A stretch of 64,000 bases of DNA from an uncultured Aquificales bacterium (GTDB taxonomy: Bacteria > Aquificota > Aquificia > Aquificales > Hydrogenothermaceae). A program made the translations under genes and the position numbers. The stretch's first letter is position 1; each line of letters opens with the position of its first letter. The stretch covers positions 40,429-104,428 of the forward strand of contig CAZYKX010000001.1 of assembly GCA_964648745.1 (NCBI GenBank). The letters are read 5' to 3'. This document shows, piece by piece, positions 1 to 11,110 of this stretch. Under the pieces are notes generated by a model. The model worked only from the letters and a program-made list of their open reading frames with translations, did no database searches and was not told the origin of the DNA.

Positions 1-585
1 GATACACAAGGAAGATTAATTAAAGTATACAACAAAATAGGAAAAGATGTAAAATTAAAAGTAAATGGAACAGGTAAATTGATACCAGATATTATACAGA
101 AAGAAGCTTTTGCAGACGGATATGCTGAAATTCAAGCAATATACACAAAAAGTGAAACTGTCAATATCGAGCCTCTTATACTTGATGTAGAAAAAACAGT
201 AAATCAAGAAATTGAAAAAGAAAATCAAAAAAAATTAAAAGAAGAAAAAATAGAATCTAAACCTGTAGAAAAAAAGGAAAAAAAACAAACTTCATTAACA
301 CTTAAATTTCCTTTAGAACTTGGAACATTATCTAATGTAGATTTAATATCCAAAAAAGATAATACTTACATATATACAGCAAGATTCTCAAAAAGAAATT
401 TAAATTATGAAATTAAACAATTTGAAAAAGAGATTAATGTAGATAAAGAAAATATAGGAAGTATAAAATTTTCTGAAGATCAAAAACACAATATAAAAAT
501 TGAAGTTTCTTTAAAAGAAGGATTTAAGCCTAGTATTACTCTTTTAACTAAAAACACTATTAAATTACAGGTGACAGAAGAATAA
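1..585 (+). CDS. hypothetical protein, 5' end outside window
   Basis: Frame 1 is open from base 1 to TAA at 583-585. The track ORF 79-585 is only the part after an internal TTG. K/E-rich linker followed by a beta-rich C-terminal region. The stop overlaps the next start (TAATG). No motif I can name. Confidence 0.5.
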   Translation, partial: DTQGRLIKVYNKIGKDVKLKVNGTGKLIPDIIQKEAFADGYAEIQAIYTKSETVNIEPLILDVEKTVNQEIEKENQKKLKEEKIESKPVEKKEKKQTSLTLKFPLELGTLSNVDLISKKDNTYIYTARFSKRNLNYEIKQFEKEINVDKENIGSIKFSEDQKHNIKIEVSLKEGFKPSITLLTKNTIKLQVTEE

Positions 586-911
586 TGAGTAAGATAGTAG
601 TTATACCAATAATTGTTAGCTTATTATCGAGCCCTCAAGATAAAAATCAAATTAAGGAAGAATCTATTCCTATTTATAAAGCAAATGTAGAAAAAAATTT
701 AGAAATGGAGAATTATAATAAAAATGAGATAACTATTCCTATAAGATCAAAAATAAAAAATTCTAAAAGAACTAAATCAAATTATTTTGTAAAAGTATCT
801 GAAAGTAAAAATTTTATTAATATTAACATTTCAATTTCTAAAGTTTTATTGAAAAGTAAAAAAGTTCTCAAACTACCACCTAAAAAAGTAGATATAAGTG
901 TTGAAGAATAA
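585..911 (+). CDS. hypothetical lysine-rich small protein with N-terminal hydrophobic segment
   Basis: 108-aa ORF translationally coupled to the upstream ORF (TAATG). N-terminal [11 protein letters not shown] hydrophobic stretch. No recognisable domain. Confidence 0.4.
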   Translation: MSKIVVIPIIVSLLSSPQDKNQIKEESIPIYKANVEKNLEMENYNKNEITIPIRSKIKNSKRTKSNYFVKVSESKNFININISISKVLLKSKKVLKLPPKKVDISVEE

Positions 912-921
912 AGGAGAAAAA

Positions 922-2457
922 ATGCACAAAGGAATAGTAATTTTAGATTTTGGTTCGCAGTATACTCAATTAATAGCAAGAAGAATAAGAGAACTACATG
1001 TTTATAGTGAAATTTTACCTTATAACACACCTGTTGAAGAAATACTAAAACATGATCCAAAAGGAATAATATTTTCTGGCGGTCCAGCTTCCGTATACGA
1101 ACCGGATGCACCAAAACCTGATGAAAAAGTCTATGATTTAGGACTTCCTATACTAGGTATATGTTATGGATTACAACTAATAACACAACATTTTGGTGGT
1201 CAAGTAATAAAAGCAGATAAACATGAATACGGAAAAGCTGAGATAGAGATTTTAAATAAAGAAGATTTATTTTACGATATCCCACACTACACTCATGTTT
1301 GGATGAGTCATGGAGATAAAGTAATAAAACTACCAGATGGTTTTGAAGTTTTAGCGAGAACATTTAATGCACCTTTTGCAGCAATTAGAAATAAAGAAAA
1401 GAAAATTTGGGGTGTTCAGTTCCACCCAGAAGTAACCCATACACTTTTAGGAAAAGATATTCTTAAAAATTTTGCTTTAAGGATTTGTGGTTGTAGTCAA
1501 GATTGGACAATGGGTAATTTCTTAATGGAACAACAAGTTAAGATAAGAGAAATAGTAGGAAATAAAAAAGCTATATGTGCTTTATCTGGTGGCGTTGATT
1601 CATCTGTTGCTGCAGTACTTGTTCACAATGCTATTGGAGATAATCTAACTTGTATTTTTGTTGATAATGGATTACTTAGAAAAGGAGAAATAGAACAAGT
1701 TGAAAAAACATTTAAAGATAATTTCCATATACCTTTGATTGTAGTAGATGCAAAAGATAGATTTTTAAAAGCTTTAAAAGGTATTACTGATCCTGAACAA
1801 AAAAGGAAAATTATAGGAAATTTATTTATAGAAGTATTTGAAGAAGAAGCTAAAAAATTAAAAGATGTTGAGTTTTTAGTTCAAGGAACATTATATCCAG
1901 ATGTTATAGAAAGTGTTTCTGTAAAAGGTCCTTCTGCTGTAATAAAATCACATCACAATGTAGGTGGTCTACCAGAAAGGATGAACTTAAAACTTATAGA
2001 ACCTTTAAGAGAGTTATTTAAAGATGAAGTAAGAGAGCTTGGTAAAGAACTGGGACTACCTGAAGATATTATATATAGACAACCATTCCCAGGACCTGGT
2101 TTGGCGATAAGAGTTATTGGAGAAATAAATGAGAATGATTTAAATATACTTAGAGAAGCAGATGCTATAGTTTTAGAAGAAATAAAGAATGCTGGAATTT
2201 ATAGAGATTTGTGGCAATCTTTTGCTGTACTCCTTCCAATTTATACTGTAGGAGTTATGGGGGATTATAGAACTTATGAAAAAGTTATTGCTATTAGAGC
2301 TGTAGAAAGTACAGATGGAATGACAGCAGATTGGGCAAGATTGCCTTATGATCTTTTAGACAAAATCATGAGAAGAATAATTAATGAAGTTAAAGGGGTC
2401 AACAGAGTAGTTTACGATATATCTTCTAAACCACCTGCAACTATTGAATGGGAATAA
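922..2457 (+). CDS. guaA: GMP synthase (glutamine-hydrolysing)
   Basis: GATase-1 domain ([12 protein letters not shown]), SGGVDSS ATP-pyrophosphatase P-loop, C-terminus [11 protein letters not shown] 922 is preceded by AAGGAG; the track ORF starts at upstream TTG 898. Confidence 0.97.
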   Translation: MHKGIVILDFGSQYTQLIARRIRELHVYSEILPYNTPVEEILKHDPKGIIFSGGPASVYEPDAPKPDEKVYDLGLPILGICYGLQLITQHFGGQVIKADKHEYGKAEIEILNKEDLFYDIPHYTHVWMSHGDKVIKLPDGFEVLARTFNAPFAAIRNKEKKIWGVQFHPEVTHTLLGKDILKNFALRICGCSQDWTMGNFLMEQQVKIREIVGNKKAICALSGGVDSSVAAVLVHNAIGDNLTCIFVDNGLLRKGEIEQVEKTFKDNFHIPLIVVDAKDRFLKALKGITDPEQKRKIIGNLFIEVFEEEAKKLKDVEFLVQGTLYPDVIESVSVKGPSAVIKSHHNVGGLPERMNLKLIEPLRELFKDEVRELGKELGLPEDIIYRQPFPGPGLAIRVIGEINENDLNILREADAIVLEEIKNAGIYRDLWQSFAVLLPIYTVGVMGDYRTYEKVIAIRAVESTDGMTADWARLPYDLLDKIMRRIINEVKGVNRVVYDISSKPPATIEWE

Positions 2458-3232
2458 TGTGGAAATAGGCATAGCTTTATCTGGTGGTGGAGCTAGAGGA
2501 CTTGCCCACATCGGATTTTTAAAAGCATTTGAAGAGTATGGATTAAAACCTTCTTTTATATCAGCAGTAAGTGCCGGTTCTATAATAGCTTCTTTTTACT
2601 GTTATGGTTATTCACCAAAAGAGATGGAAGAGATAGCTTTAAAAACAAACCTAAACACGTTTATAGTACCAACTATATCTAAAAAATCTTTTTTTAGCCT
2701 TGACAAAGTTGAACAATTTTTAGAAAAGTATATAGGAAAAGTTGATATAAAAGACTTAAAAACACCTCTAATAATAGCTGCAACAAATTTAAACAAAGCG
2801 AAAGTTGAATATTTTAGTTCTGGTAATCTTTTAAAAATAGTAAAAGCTTCTTGCTCTATACCTGTAATGTTTAAACCTGTAAAAATAGATAAATATTATT
2901 ATGTAGATGGTGGAATTATGAACAACTTACCAGTAGAACCATTAAAAGATTTAGTAGATTTTACAATAGGAGTAGAAGTAAACCCTTTTTTAGAAGAAGA
3001 AAAAGATTTTGACAATATAATATCGATAGGTATTAGAAGTTTTTTCTTAGCTATTAGATCAAATATAGAAGTAAGTAAAAGATTTTGTGATTTGTTTATC
3101 CAACCTCCAGAACTTACTAAAATACCTCTTTTTGCAACTTGGAAAGCAAAAGATGCTATAGAAATTGGTTATAGATATAGTAAAGAAATTTTTATTAAAA
3201 GTAAACTTTTTGAAAAACTTCAAAAGCATTAA
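2444..3232 (+). CDS. patatin-like phospholipase (RssA/NTE-type)
   Basis: GGGARG oxyanion motif, AVSAGS nucleophile elbow, DGG catalytic Asp. TTG start overlaps the guaA stop. Confidence 0.85.
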   Translation: MNGNNVEIGIALSGGGARGLAHIGFLKAFEEYGLKPSFISAVSAGSIIASFYCYGYSPKEMEEIALKTNLNTFIVPTISKKSFFSLDKVEQFLEKYIGKVDIKDLKTPLIIAATNLNKAKVEYFSSGNLLKIVKASCSIPVMFKPVKIDKYYYVDGGIMNNLPVEPLKDLVDFTIGVEVNPFLEEEKDFDNIISIGIRSFFLAIRSNIEVSKRFCDLFIQPPELTKIPLFATWKAKDAIEIGYRYSKEIFIKSKLFEKLQKH

Positions 3233-4037
3233 ATGAACTTCTTACCAACTTTCCAGAAAATACAAATTTAAAACCTATCTTATAACCAACTTTTTCTAAT
3301 TCTTTAAACTCTTCATCTGAATAATACCTAACTACAGGTAAATTATTTTTTGTTGGTTGTAGATACTGTCCAATTGTTATAATATCAACATTACTTTTAT
3401 AAAGATCTTCCATGAGGTTTATTATCTGTTCTTTTGTTTCTCCAAGACCAACCATAAAGCCAGATTTTGTAAGTATATTTCTATTAAACTTTTTTATATT
3501 TTTTAGTAATTGTAAAGATCTATTATAATTACTTTGAGGTCTAGCTATTTTGTATAACTCTTTAACAGTTTCTATATTATGGTTTATAATTTCAGGTTTA
3601 GCATCTACGATAATTTTTAAACTTTCAAGATTACCTTTAAAATCAGGTATTAAGATTTCTACAGTACAATTTTTATTTATCTCTCTTATCTTTTTTATAA
3701 CGTTAACAAAATGAGACGCTCCACCATCTTCCAAATCATCTCTATCTACAGAGGTGATAACAACATGCTTTAGTCCTAACATGCTTACTGCCTTTGCAAT
3801 ATTTAAAGGTTCCAAAGGATTTGGTGGATTTGGCTTCCCATGATTTATACTACAAAAAGGGCAGTTTCTTGTACATATATCTCCAAGGATCATAAATGTA
3901 GCTGTTTTTTTAGAAAAACATTCGCCAGTATTAGGGCATTTAGCTTCTTCACAGACAGTGTTTAAATCTAATCTGCGAAGAAGCTTTTTTATATGTAAAA
4001 CTTCTTCTGAAAGTGGTGATTTTACTAAAGGTTTCAA
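3195..4037 (-). CDS. lipA: lipoyl synthase
   Basis: Radical-SAM CTRNCPFC motif plus auxiliary-cluster motif CEEAKCPNTGEC. 280 aa. Confidence 0.95.
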   Translation of the reverse strand: MKPLVKSPLSEEVLHIKKLLRRLDLNTVCEEAKCPNTGECFSKKTATFMILGDICTRNCPFCSINHGKPNPPNPLEPLNIAKAVSMLGLKHVVITSVDRDDLEDGGASHFVNVIKKIREINKNCTVEILIPDFKGNLESLKIIVDAKPEIINHNIETVKELYKIARPQSNYNRSLQLLKNIKKFNRNILTKSGFMVGLGETKEQIINLMEDLYKSNVDIITIGQYLQPTKNNLPVVRYYSDEEFKELEKVGYKIGFKFVFSGKLVRSSFNAFEVFQKVYF

Positions 4038-5336
4038 CTACTCTCCATATCCATAATCTTTAAACCAATCTGGGTAAAGTGGATAACTAGAACAGAGAGA
4101 TAAAACATCTTCTTTAACTTCTTGAATAACTTTTTCATTATCAATATTTCTTAGAACTTTCACTATATTTTTTGCTATTCTTCTCATATCATTTTCTTTC
4201 ATTCCTCTTGTTGTTAAAGCTGCTGTTCCAAGTCTAATTCCTGATGTTACCGTTGGTTTCTCTGGATCAAAAGGAATAGCATTTTTGTTTACAGTTATAT
4301 TAGCTTTTCCTAAAGCTTCTTCAGCTATATTCCCCTTTACATTTAAAGGTCTTAAATCTACAAGCATAAGATGGCTATCTGTACCACCAGAAACAATTCT
4401 AAGTCCTTGGGCTATAAGTTCTTCTGCTAAAACTTTCGCATTTTTAACTACTTGTTCAGCATACTTCTTAAATTCTTCAGTCATAGCTTCACCAAATGCA
4501 ACAGCTTTTGCAGCTATAACATGCATCAAAGGTCCACCTTGTAATCTTGGAAATACCCATTTATCTATATCTTTTGCATACTCTTCTTTACATAAGATAA
4601 AACCACCTCTTGGACCTCTTAATGTTTTATGAGTTGTAGATGTTACAAATTGCGCGTAAGGTACTGGATTTGGATAAACACCACCAGCTATTAAACCAGA
4701 ATAGTGCGCCATATCAACCATAAGTAAAGCACCTACTTCATCTGCAATCTCTCTAAATTTAGCAAAATCTATAATTCTTGAGTAAGCTGAAGCACCAGCT
4801 ACAATCATTTTTGGTTTATTTTCTTTAGCCAATCTATAAACTTCATCATAATCTATTAGTTCTGTCTTTGGATCTAATCCATACTGTACAGAGTTAAAAA
4901 CAATTCCTGATATGTTTACCTTTGCACCATGTGTAAGATGCCCACCATGATCTAATCTCATTCCAAGAATAGTATCACCTGGTTGAAGTTGGGAGAAAAA
5001 TACTGCTTGATTTGCTTGAGAACCTGAATGAGGCTGAACGTTTGCGTGATCTGCACCATATATCTGTTTTAATCTTTTAATAGCAAGATCTTCTACTATG
5101 TCTACATATTCACAGCCACCATAGTACCTTTTATAAGGAAGTCCTTCAGCATATTTGTTTGTTAAAACACTTCCTTGAGCTTCCATTACAGCTTGAGAAG
5201 TATAATTTTCAGAAGCTATCATCTCCAGATGTTCTTGTTGTCTTTGGAACTCTTTTGAAAATGCACTATAAACTTCTAAATCAACTTTTTTTAAATGTTC
5301 TAGCAATTCTATCCTCCTATAATTTTCCTTCTTCAA
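4038..5336 (-). CDS. glyA: serine hydroxymethyltransferase
   Basis: Full-length SHMT with the PLP-lysine motif [12 protein letters not shown]. Confidence 0.97.
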   Translation of the reverse strand: MKKENYRRIELLEHLKKVDLEVYSAFSKEFQRQQEHLEMIASENYTSQAVMEAQGSVLTNKYAEGLPYKRYYGGCEYVDIVEDLAIKRLKQIYGADHANVQPHSGSQANQAVFFSQLQPGDTILGMRLDHGGHLTHGAKVNISGIVFNSVQYGLDPKTELIDYDEVYRLAKENKPKMIVAGASAYSRIIDFAKFREIADEVGALLMVDMAHYSGLIAGGVYPNPVPYAQFVTSTTHKTLRGPRGGFILCKEEYAKDIDKWVFPRLQGGPLMHVIAAKAVAFGEAMTEEFKKYAEQVVKNAKVLAEELIAQGLRIVSGGTDSHLMLVDLRPLNVKGNIAEEALGKANITVNKNAIPFDPEKPTVTSGIRLGTAALTTRGMKENDMRRIAKNIVKVLRNIDNEKVIQEVKEDVLSLCSSYPLYPDWFKDYGYGE

Positions 5337-5763
5337 TATCTAAAATAAGTTTAACTCTCCTTTCATGTCTACCACCTTCAAAAGGTGTTTCTAAAAATGT
5401 GTCTATTATGGCTAAAGCATGATCTAAACCTATAACTCTTTGACCTAAAGCTAAAATATTGGCATCATTATGAGATCTTGCCATTCTTGCCATAAACTCA
5501 TTTGTACATAAAGCTGCTCTAACACCTTTTATTTTGTTTGCTGCAATAGAAATACCTATACCTGTTCCACATATTATAATACCAAATTCTGCCTCCCCTA
5601 ACTGGATAGCTTTTCCTACTTCTTCACCAAAGTAAGGATAATCTACAGGTTCCGGAGAATATGTCCCTTTATCTATGATTTCATACTTTTTAGATTTAAG
5701 ATACTCTTTAATTTTTTCTTTATAAAAGAAACCTCCATGGTCACTTCCTATCGCAATCTTCAA
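5317..5763 (-). CDS. rpiB: ribose-5-phosphate isomerase B
   Basis: RpiB/LacAB family ([19 protein letters not shown]). GGAGG lies 8 nt upstream of in-frame TTG at 5763, so the track ATG at 5802 is probably too far upstream. Confidence 0.9.
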   Translation of the reverse strand: MKIAIGSDHGGFFYKEKIKEYLKSKKYEIIDKGTYSPEPVDYPYFGEEVGKAIQLGEAEFGIIICGTGIGISIAANKIKGVRAALCTNEFMARMARSHNDANILALGQRVIGLDHALAIIDTFLETPFEGGRHERRVKLILDIEEGKL

Positions 5764-5853
5764 AATACAATCCTCCAAAAAGATTATATTTAATTTTAGC
5801 ATAAATGATACCTCTTTATATGATAAAATTTTTAAATTGAAGGAGGTAAACGA

Positions 5854-7239
5854 ATGAAAGTTATATTAACACTTATCTTACTAATATTAAGTTATAGTTA
5901 TGGAGAAGAAGATTTAATAAAAATAGCAAAAATGAAGGCTTATACAAAAAGAAATGAAACAACATTAAATAAAGCATTAAAATCTTACAATGAAGGACTT
6001 TATTCAGACGCTATACAAATAATTGAAAATTTAATGAAAAGACCTCTTTCAGATATAGATACAGAACTTGCCAATTTAATTTATGTTCATGCATTATATA
6101 AAAATAGAGAAGAAGAAAAAATGTATAACTATATAAAGAACCTTGATATAGATAAATTTACCCAGTATGGAAAGTACCGAATATATCAAATCGCTATGTT
6201 ATTATTCTTAGAAAGGAAAAATAAAGAAGGTGAAAACTTTATTTTAGAGAAGTTAGGATTAAAAGAAGATGGAAATATTATATTAGATAAGCAAGAAAAT
6301 GAGACAGAGAAAATTATAGACATAATCCTTAAAGACAAAATTTCTAAAAAGGAAAAGATAAACAATCTAGTAAAAGATAATAACATTAAATTTTATGGAA
6401 AAGATAGTGAAATAATAAACTATAAAGGAGTAGATTTCATTTTAAATAGAAATATTTTTAAACTTGATAAAGATATACCTATTATCGGAGAGTTATCAAT
6501 ATACATATCAGAGAAAGATCAAACATTACTTGAAATTTCAAAAAAGTTAGGACTTGGTTACTATGAACTTAAAAATGCAAATCCATTAATAGATCCTTTT
6601 GATGTGAGAAAAAATCAAATAATTATAGTACCACTTAAAAGAATTTTACCTTTTAAAAATTTTGAGTACAATGTAATATACATAAACATATATGAAAAAA
6701 GACTTTATTTACCAGTCAAAATAAATGATGAGAGTTATGTTATTACATTTCCAATAGGAATAGGAACCGACGAAGCACAATCTCCTATAGGAGAGTTTAA
6801 AATTTCACAAAAAGAAAAAAATCCTGTTTGGATACCTCCTGAAAGTATTAGAAAAGAACAACCAGATTTACCAGCAATATTTCCAGCTGGACCTGATAAT
6901 CCACTTGGTACAAGAGCTATGAGGCTGGGAAATACAACTTTTCTTATGCATGGAACAAACAAAGAATATGGAATAGGTATGAGAGTAAGTCATGGATGTA
7001 TAAGAATGTATAACGAAGACGTTGAAAAACTTTTTGAAGTTGTTAATTTAGGAACCAAAGTAGTATCTAATGAGTTTAGGTATAAAATGTACTCTAACTC
7101 TAATAGTATTAAAGTTGTTGAAGCATTTGATGATAATTCTATAAATGATTTAGAAAAAAGTGGTATAGTAAGCAAAAAATTCTTAAATTTTTATAAAACA
7201 ACTTTATTTGGAAAAAGTTTTGCAATAACAGTTTGGTGA
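5854..7239 (+). CDS. L,D-transpeptidase (YkuD family) with LysM-like and TPR-like regions
   Basis: Signal peptide and LysM-like segment (LLEISKKLGLGYYELKNANP). YkuD catalytic motif HGTN...SHGCIRM. Confidence 0.85.
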   Translation: MKVILTLILLILSYSYGEEDLIKIAKMKAYTKRNETTLNKALKSYNEGLYSDAIQIIENLMKRPLSDIDTELANLIYVHALYKNREEEKMYNYIKNLDIDKFTQYGKYRIYQIAMLLFLERKNKEGENFILEKLGLKEDGNIILDKQENETEKIIDIILKDKISKKEKINNLVKDNNIKFYGKDSEIINYKGVDFILNRNIFKLDKDIPIIGELSIYISEKDQTLLEISKKLGLGYYELKNANPLIDPFDVRKNQIIIVPLKRILPFKNFEYNVIYINIYEKRLYLPVKINDESYVITFPIGIGTDEAQSPIGEFKISQKEKNPVWIPPESIRKEQPDLPAIFPAGPDNPLGTRAMRLGNTTFLMHGTNKEYGIGMRVSHGCIRMYNEDVEKLFEVVNLGTKVVSNEFRYKMYSNSNSIKVVEAFDDNSINDLEKSGIVSKKFLNFYKTTLFGKSFAITVW

Positions 7240-7247
7240 GGATAAAA

Positions 7248-8609
7248 ATGGACAAAGAAACACTTATAAAATGGGATAAAGAGTACTTTTGGCATCCTTT
7301 TACACAGATGAAAGTCTATAGAGAAGAGGATAATATAATAGTAGAAAGAGGAGAAGGTAATTATATTTATGATATAAATGGAAATAAGTACTTAGATGGT
7401 GTAGCATCTTTATGGTGTAATGTTCACGGACATAATCATCCAAAATTAAATAAAGCAGTATGTGATCAAGTATCAAAGATATCTCACTTTACTACACTTG
7501 GAGCATCTAATATACCAGCTATTAAACTAGCAAAACGATTAGTAGAAATAACACCTAAAAATTTAACAAAAGTGTTTTATAGTGAAGATGGTTCAGAAGC
7601 TATGGAGATAGCTATAAAAATAGCATATCATTATTGGTACAACAAAGGTTTTAAAGAAAAGAACAAGTTTGTTACACTTAATGAAGCTTACCATGGAGAT
7701 ACTATAGGAAGTGTAAGTGTAGGAGGAATAAATATTTTTCATGAAAAATATAGACCTTTACTTTTTGATGTATACAAACTACCTTCACCTTACCTACAAG
7801 CTAAAAAAATAGCTCAAAATGGAGAACATTTATCTTATGAGACAACAAAAAAACTTATAGAGGAAGTAGAAGAGTTTATATTTCAACATCATCAAACATT
7901 AGCTGGTTTTGTTTTAGAAGCTGGAGTACAAGGTGCAGCAGGTATACTTCCTTTTCCAAATGGATACTTAAAAGAAATTGAAAGAATTTGTAGAGAATAC
8001 AACATTCTAATGATTGTAGATGAAGTTGCTACAGGTTTTGGAAGAACAGGAGAGATGTTTGCATCTATTAAAGAAAATATTCAGCCAGATATAATGGCCC
8101 TTGGAAAAGGAATAACAGGTGGTTATCTACCTTTAGCAGCAACACTAACAACAGAAGAAATTTTTAATGCTTTCTTAAGTGAATTTGGAGAAGCAAAACA
8201 TTTTTATCATGGACATACCTATACAGGAAATCCAATTGCTTGCAATGTAGCACTTTCAAACATAGATTTATTTGAAGAAGAAAAAACATTAGAAAATGTT
8301 AAAAGAAATATAACAATACTAGAAAAAAAATTACCAGAATTTTTAGACCTAAAACATGTTAGTGATGTTAGAAATTATGGGCTTATGGCAGGGGTTGAAC
8401 TTATAAAAAATAAAGAGGATCAAGAACCTTACCCTTATGGAGAAAGGATGGGATTTAAAGTTGCAAAAGCTATGCTTAAAAGAGGAATCTGGATTAGACC
8501 ACTTGGTGATGTAATGGTAATAATGCCACCATTATCCATAAAAGAAGAAGAACTAAACTATTTTTTAAATTCTTTAAAAGAAAGTATCATTGAAGTATGT
8601 GGAAATTAA
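7248..8609 (+). CDS. bioA: adenosylmethionine-8-amino-7-oxononanoate aminotransferase
   Basis: Class-III aminotransferase with WHPFTQM and DEVATGFGRTG. ATG 7248 has GGTGAGG upstream; the track start 7233 overlaps the previous gene. Confidence 0.9.
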   Translation: MDKETLIKWDKEYFWHPFTQMKVYREEDNIIVERGEGNYIYDINGNKYLDGVASLWCNVHGHNHPKLNKAVCDQVSKISHFTTLGASNIPAIKLAKRLVEITPKNLTKVFYSEDGSEAMEIAIKIAYHYWYNKGFKEKNKFVTLNEAYHGDTIGSVSVGGINIFHEKYRPLLFDVYKLPSPYLQAKKIAQNGEHLSYETTKKLIEEVEEFIFQHHQTLAGFVLEAGVQGAAGILPFPNGYLKEIERICREYNILMIVDEVATGFGRTGEMFASIKENIQPDIMALGKGITGGYLPLAATLTTEEIFNAFLSEFGEAKHFYHGHTYTGNPIACNVALSNIDLFEEEKTLENVKRNITILEKKLPEFLDLKHVSDVRNYGLMAGVELIKNKEDQEPYPYGERMGFKVAKAMLKRGIWIRPLGDVMVIMPPLSIKEEELNYFLNSLKESIIEVCGN

Positions 8610-8651
8610 AAAAAATGATAAAATTATTTTAGTAAAAGTCAAGGAGGTTTT

Positions 8652-9479
8652 ATGAAAATAAGAGTTGCCCATAGTCCAGATTCAGATGATGCTTTTATGT
8701 TTTATGCAATAAATATGAAAAAAATTGATACAAAAGATTATGAATTTATAGATATTCTATCAGATATAGAAACATTAAATCAAGAAGCACTGAAAGGAAC
8801 ATACGAAGTTTCTGCCATATCTATTCATGCATTTCCTTATGTAGCGGATAAATATGCTTTATTATCAAGTGGCGCAAGTATGGGTGATAACTATGGTCCT
8901 ATGGTTGTTTCTAAAGAAAAGTTTGATTTAAAAGATTTAAAAAATAAAGTTATAGCAGTTCCTGGAACTTTAACATCTGCATTTTTGGCTTTAAAACTTT
9001 TTGAACCAGAAATTAAGTATAAAGTTATTTCTTTCGATAAAATTATTGATGCCGTAAAAGAAGGTATAGTAGACGCTGGATTAATTATCCATGAAGGACA
9101 ATTAACTTATAAAGATGAAGGTTTAGAGTGTTTAGTAGATTTGGGAAAATGGTGGTATGAAAAAACTGGTGGTCTTCCTTTACCATTAGGTGGTAACGTT
9201 ATCAGGAAAGACCTTGGGGAAAAAGTTATGAAAGAAGTTTCAGAAATTTTAAGAGAAAGTATAAGATACTCTTTAAGCCATAGAGAAGAAGCTGTAGATT
9301 ATGCATTAAAATATGCAAGAGGAATGACCAAAGAAAAAGCAGATAAATTTATTGGCATGTATGTAAATGATTTAACTGTAGACTATGGAGAAAGGGGTAA
9401 AAAAGCAATAGAACTATTCTTAAAAGAAGCTTATGAAATGAAAATTATACCTTTCTTGCCAGAGATAATATTTGTTTGA
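8652..9479 (+). CDS. MqnA/MqnD-family (futalosine-pathway type, periplasmic-binding fold) protein
   Basis: N-terminal RVAHSPDSDDAFMFYA and overall length fit the VitK2-biosynthesis (MqnA/MqnD) fold family. I cannot assign it to MqnA or MqnD. Confidence 0.6.
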   Translation: MKIRVAHSPDSDDAFMFYAINMKKIDTKDYEFIDILSDIETLNQEALKGTYEVSAISIHAFPYVADKYALLSSGASMGDNYGPMVVSKEKFDLKDLKNKVIAVPGTLTSAFLALKLFEPEIKYKVISFDKIIDAVKEGIVDAGLIIHEGQLTYKDEGLECLVDLGKWWYEKTGGLPLPLGGNVIRKDLGEKVMKEVSEILRESIRYSLSHREEAVDYALKYARGMTKEKADKFIGMYVNDLTVDYGERGKKAIELFLKEAYEMKIIPFLPEIIFV

Positions 9480-9490
9480 GGTTTAAAAAA

Positions 9491-9961
9491 ATGAACATAG
9501 TTTATATAGGTAAAAATGAAGAAAGTTATAATGTTTTAAATGAGGTTGCTTCTTTAAGTGATTCAAATGTTACTTTTATCAACTCTATTCAAGAGGCTAT
9601 AGAATTTCTTACAAAAAACAAAGACATCCATGGTGTAATTGCAGAAGTAAAAATAGATAATATATCTTCATTACAGGTAAAAGCTTTTATGAAAAAAGAT
9701 GAGATCTTAAAAGATATCCCTTTTGTAATTATAGCCGAAAACGTTTCAAAGGAAGACATTGAGTATTACAAAGCAATGGGTGCAGAAGAAGTTTTTGAGA
9801 TACCTTTTAATCCTTTAGAAGTTTATTTAGTACTTACAGCTAAACTTAAAGATGTAAAAGGTGAAGATGTTGTTAAACAGATTTTACACGAAGCTAAAAA
9901 AGATAAATCTATTTTTATGAAAATATTACAGCTTATTAAAAAGCTTTTTGGTAAAGCTTAG
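9491..9961 (+). CDS. receiver-like (pseudo-receiver) domain protein
   Basis: CheY-like alternating beta/alpha pattern. The phospho-acceptor position reads IAEV and the conserved K-P reads I-P. ATG 9491 has GAGG upstream. Confidence 0.45.
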   Translation: MNIVYIGKNEESYNVLNEVASLSDSNVTFINSIQEAIEFLTKNKDIHGVIAEVKIDNISSLQVKAFMKKDEILKDIPFVIIAENVSKEDIEYYKAMGAEEVFEIPFNPLEVYLVLTAKLKDVKGEDVVKQILHEAKKDKSIFMKILQLIKKLFGKA

Positions 9962-9964
9962 AGA

Positions 9965-10312
9965 TTGGAAAAGTTCTCATCTATTGAAGAATGGAAAGAA
10001 AAACTATTTGAAGTTTCTAAAGAAGGTAACACTTGTATTTTAGTAGAAGGTATTAACGATTTTAAGAAGCTAAAAAAATACAATATTATCGATAATGTTA
10101 TTATCTTAAAAGGTCAAAAATACTATGATGTTGTTGAAAAAATCTTAAATAATTACGATAAAGCAATTATTCTATTTGATTTAGATAAACATGGGGAAAA
10201 AATAACTGAGAAATTCATTAAACTATTGAAAAATGAAGGATTAGAAGTAGATCTTAGTTTTAGAGATTTTTTAAAAAATATTAATATTGAAGAAATAGAA
10301 AATCTACCTTAA
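9965..10312 (+). CDS. small stand-alone Toprim domain protein
   Basis: Toprim signature: Glu in CILVEGIND and DxD in LFDLDKHGE. 115 aa, TTG start. Confidence 0.55.
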   Translation: MEKFSSIEEWKEKLFEVSKEGNTCILVEGINDFKKLKKYNIIDNVIILKGQKYYDVVEKILNNYDKAIILFDLDKHGEKITEKFIKLLKNEGLEVDLSFRDFLKNINIEEIENLP

Positions 10313-10349
10313 ATAATATAAAATATTTATTTTCAAAAAGAGGTGAAAT

Positions 10350-11108
10350 TTGCTAGCAAAAAGAATTATACCTTGTTTAGATGTTAATAAAGGAAGAGTA
10401 GTTAAAGGTGTAAAATTTTTAAATCTGATAGATGCTGGAGATCCTGTAGAGATAGCAAAAGTGTACGATGAAGAAGGTGCTGACGAGTTGGTATTTTTAG
10501 ATATAACAGCATCTGCTGAAGATAGAGATATTATATTAGACGTTGTTAGAAAAACAGCTGAGACAGTTTTTATGCCCCTTACAGTTGGCGGTGGTGTAAG
10601 AACATTAGAAGATATTAGAAAATTACTAGAAAATGGTGCAGATAAGGTATCTATAAATACAGCTGCAGTGAAAAATCCATCTTTAGTTGAGAGTGCAGCT
10701 ATTAGATTTGGTTCTTCTACAATTGTAGTTGCCATTGATGCAAAAAAAGTAGATGAGAATAGATGGGAAGTTTATATAAATGGTGGCAGAACACCAACAG
10801 GTATAGATGTTATACAGTGGGCTAAAGCAGTAGAGAATCTAGGAGCTGGTGAAATTTTACTTACATCTATGGATAAAGATGGTACTAAAAGCGGTTATGA
10901 TATAGAACTTACAAAATTAGTATCGACATCAGTTAAAATACCTGTAATTGCTTCTGGTGGTGCAGGAAGTATGGAACATTTCTACGAAGCTTTTAAAGAA
11001 GGAGAAGCTGATGCATGTTTAGCAGCATCATTGTTTCACTTTAAAGAGATAGAGATAAAAACATTAAAAAGTTATTTAAAAAATAAAGGTATAAATGTGA
11101 GGTCATAA
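10350..11108 (+). CDS. hisF: imidazole glycerol phosphate synthase cyclase subunit
   Basis: [16 protein letters not shown] and IASGGAG motifs. TTG start after AGAGGTG. Confidence 0.96.
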   Translation: MLAKRIIPCLDVNKGRVVKGVKFLNLIDAGDPVEIAKVYDEEGADELVFLDITASAEDRDIILDVVRKTAETVFMPLTVGGGVRTLEDIRKLLENGADKVSINTAAVKNPSLVESAAIRFGSSTIVVAIDAKKVDENRWEVYINGGRTPTGIDVIQWAKAVENLGAGEILLTSMDKDGTKSGYDIELTKLVSTSVKIPVIASGGAGSMEHFYEAFKEGEADACLAASLFHFKEIEIKTLKSYLKNKGINVRS

Positions 11109-11110
11109 AA

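Noticed and set aside
2444-3232. Patatin-like phospholipase as a possible CBASS or other defence effector
   Set aside because: No cyclase, sensor or other defence gene is adjacent. It is wedged between guaA and lipA with overlapping ends, which fits a housekeeping RssA-type lipase.
10304-10735. 143-aa ORF antisense to hisF. Similar long antisense ORFs occur at 782-1114, 4285-4632, 11509-11937, 17448-17885, 21494-22009, 30106-30399, 33968-34273, 42531-42803 and 56597-56842.
   Set aside because: Each lies entirely inside a confidently identified gene on the opposite strand. They have low-complexity S/T/I/F-rich translations and no ribosome-binding site. This is typical of stop-poor antisense frames of strongly codon-biased genes.
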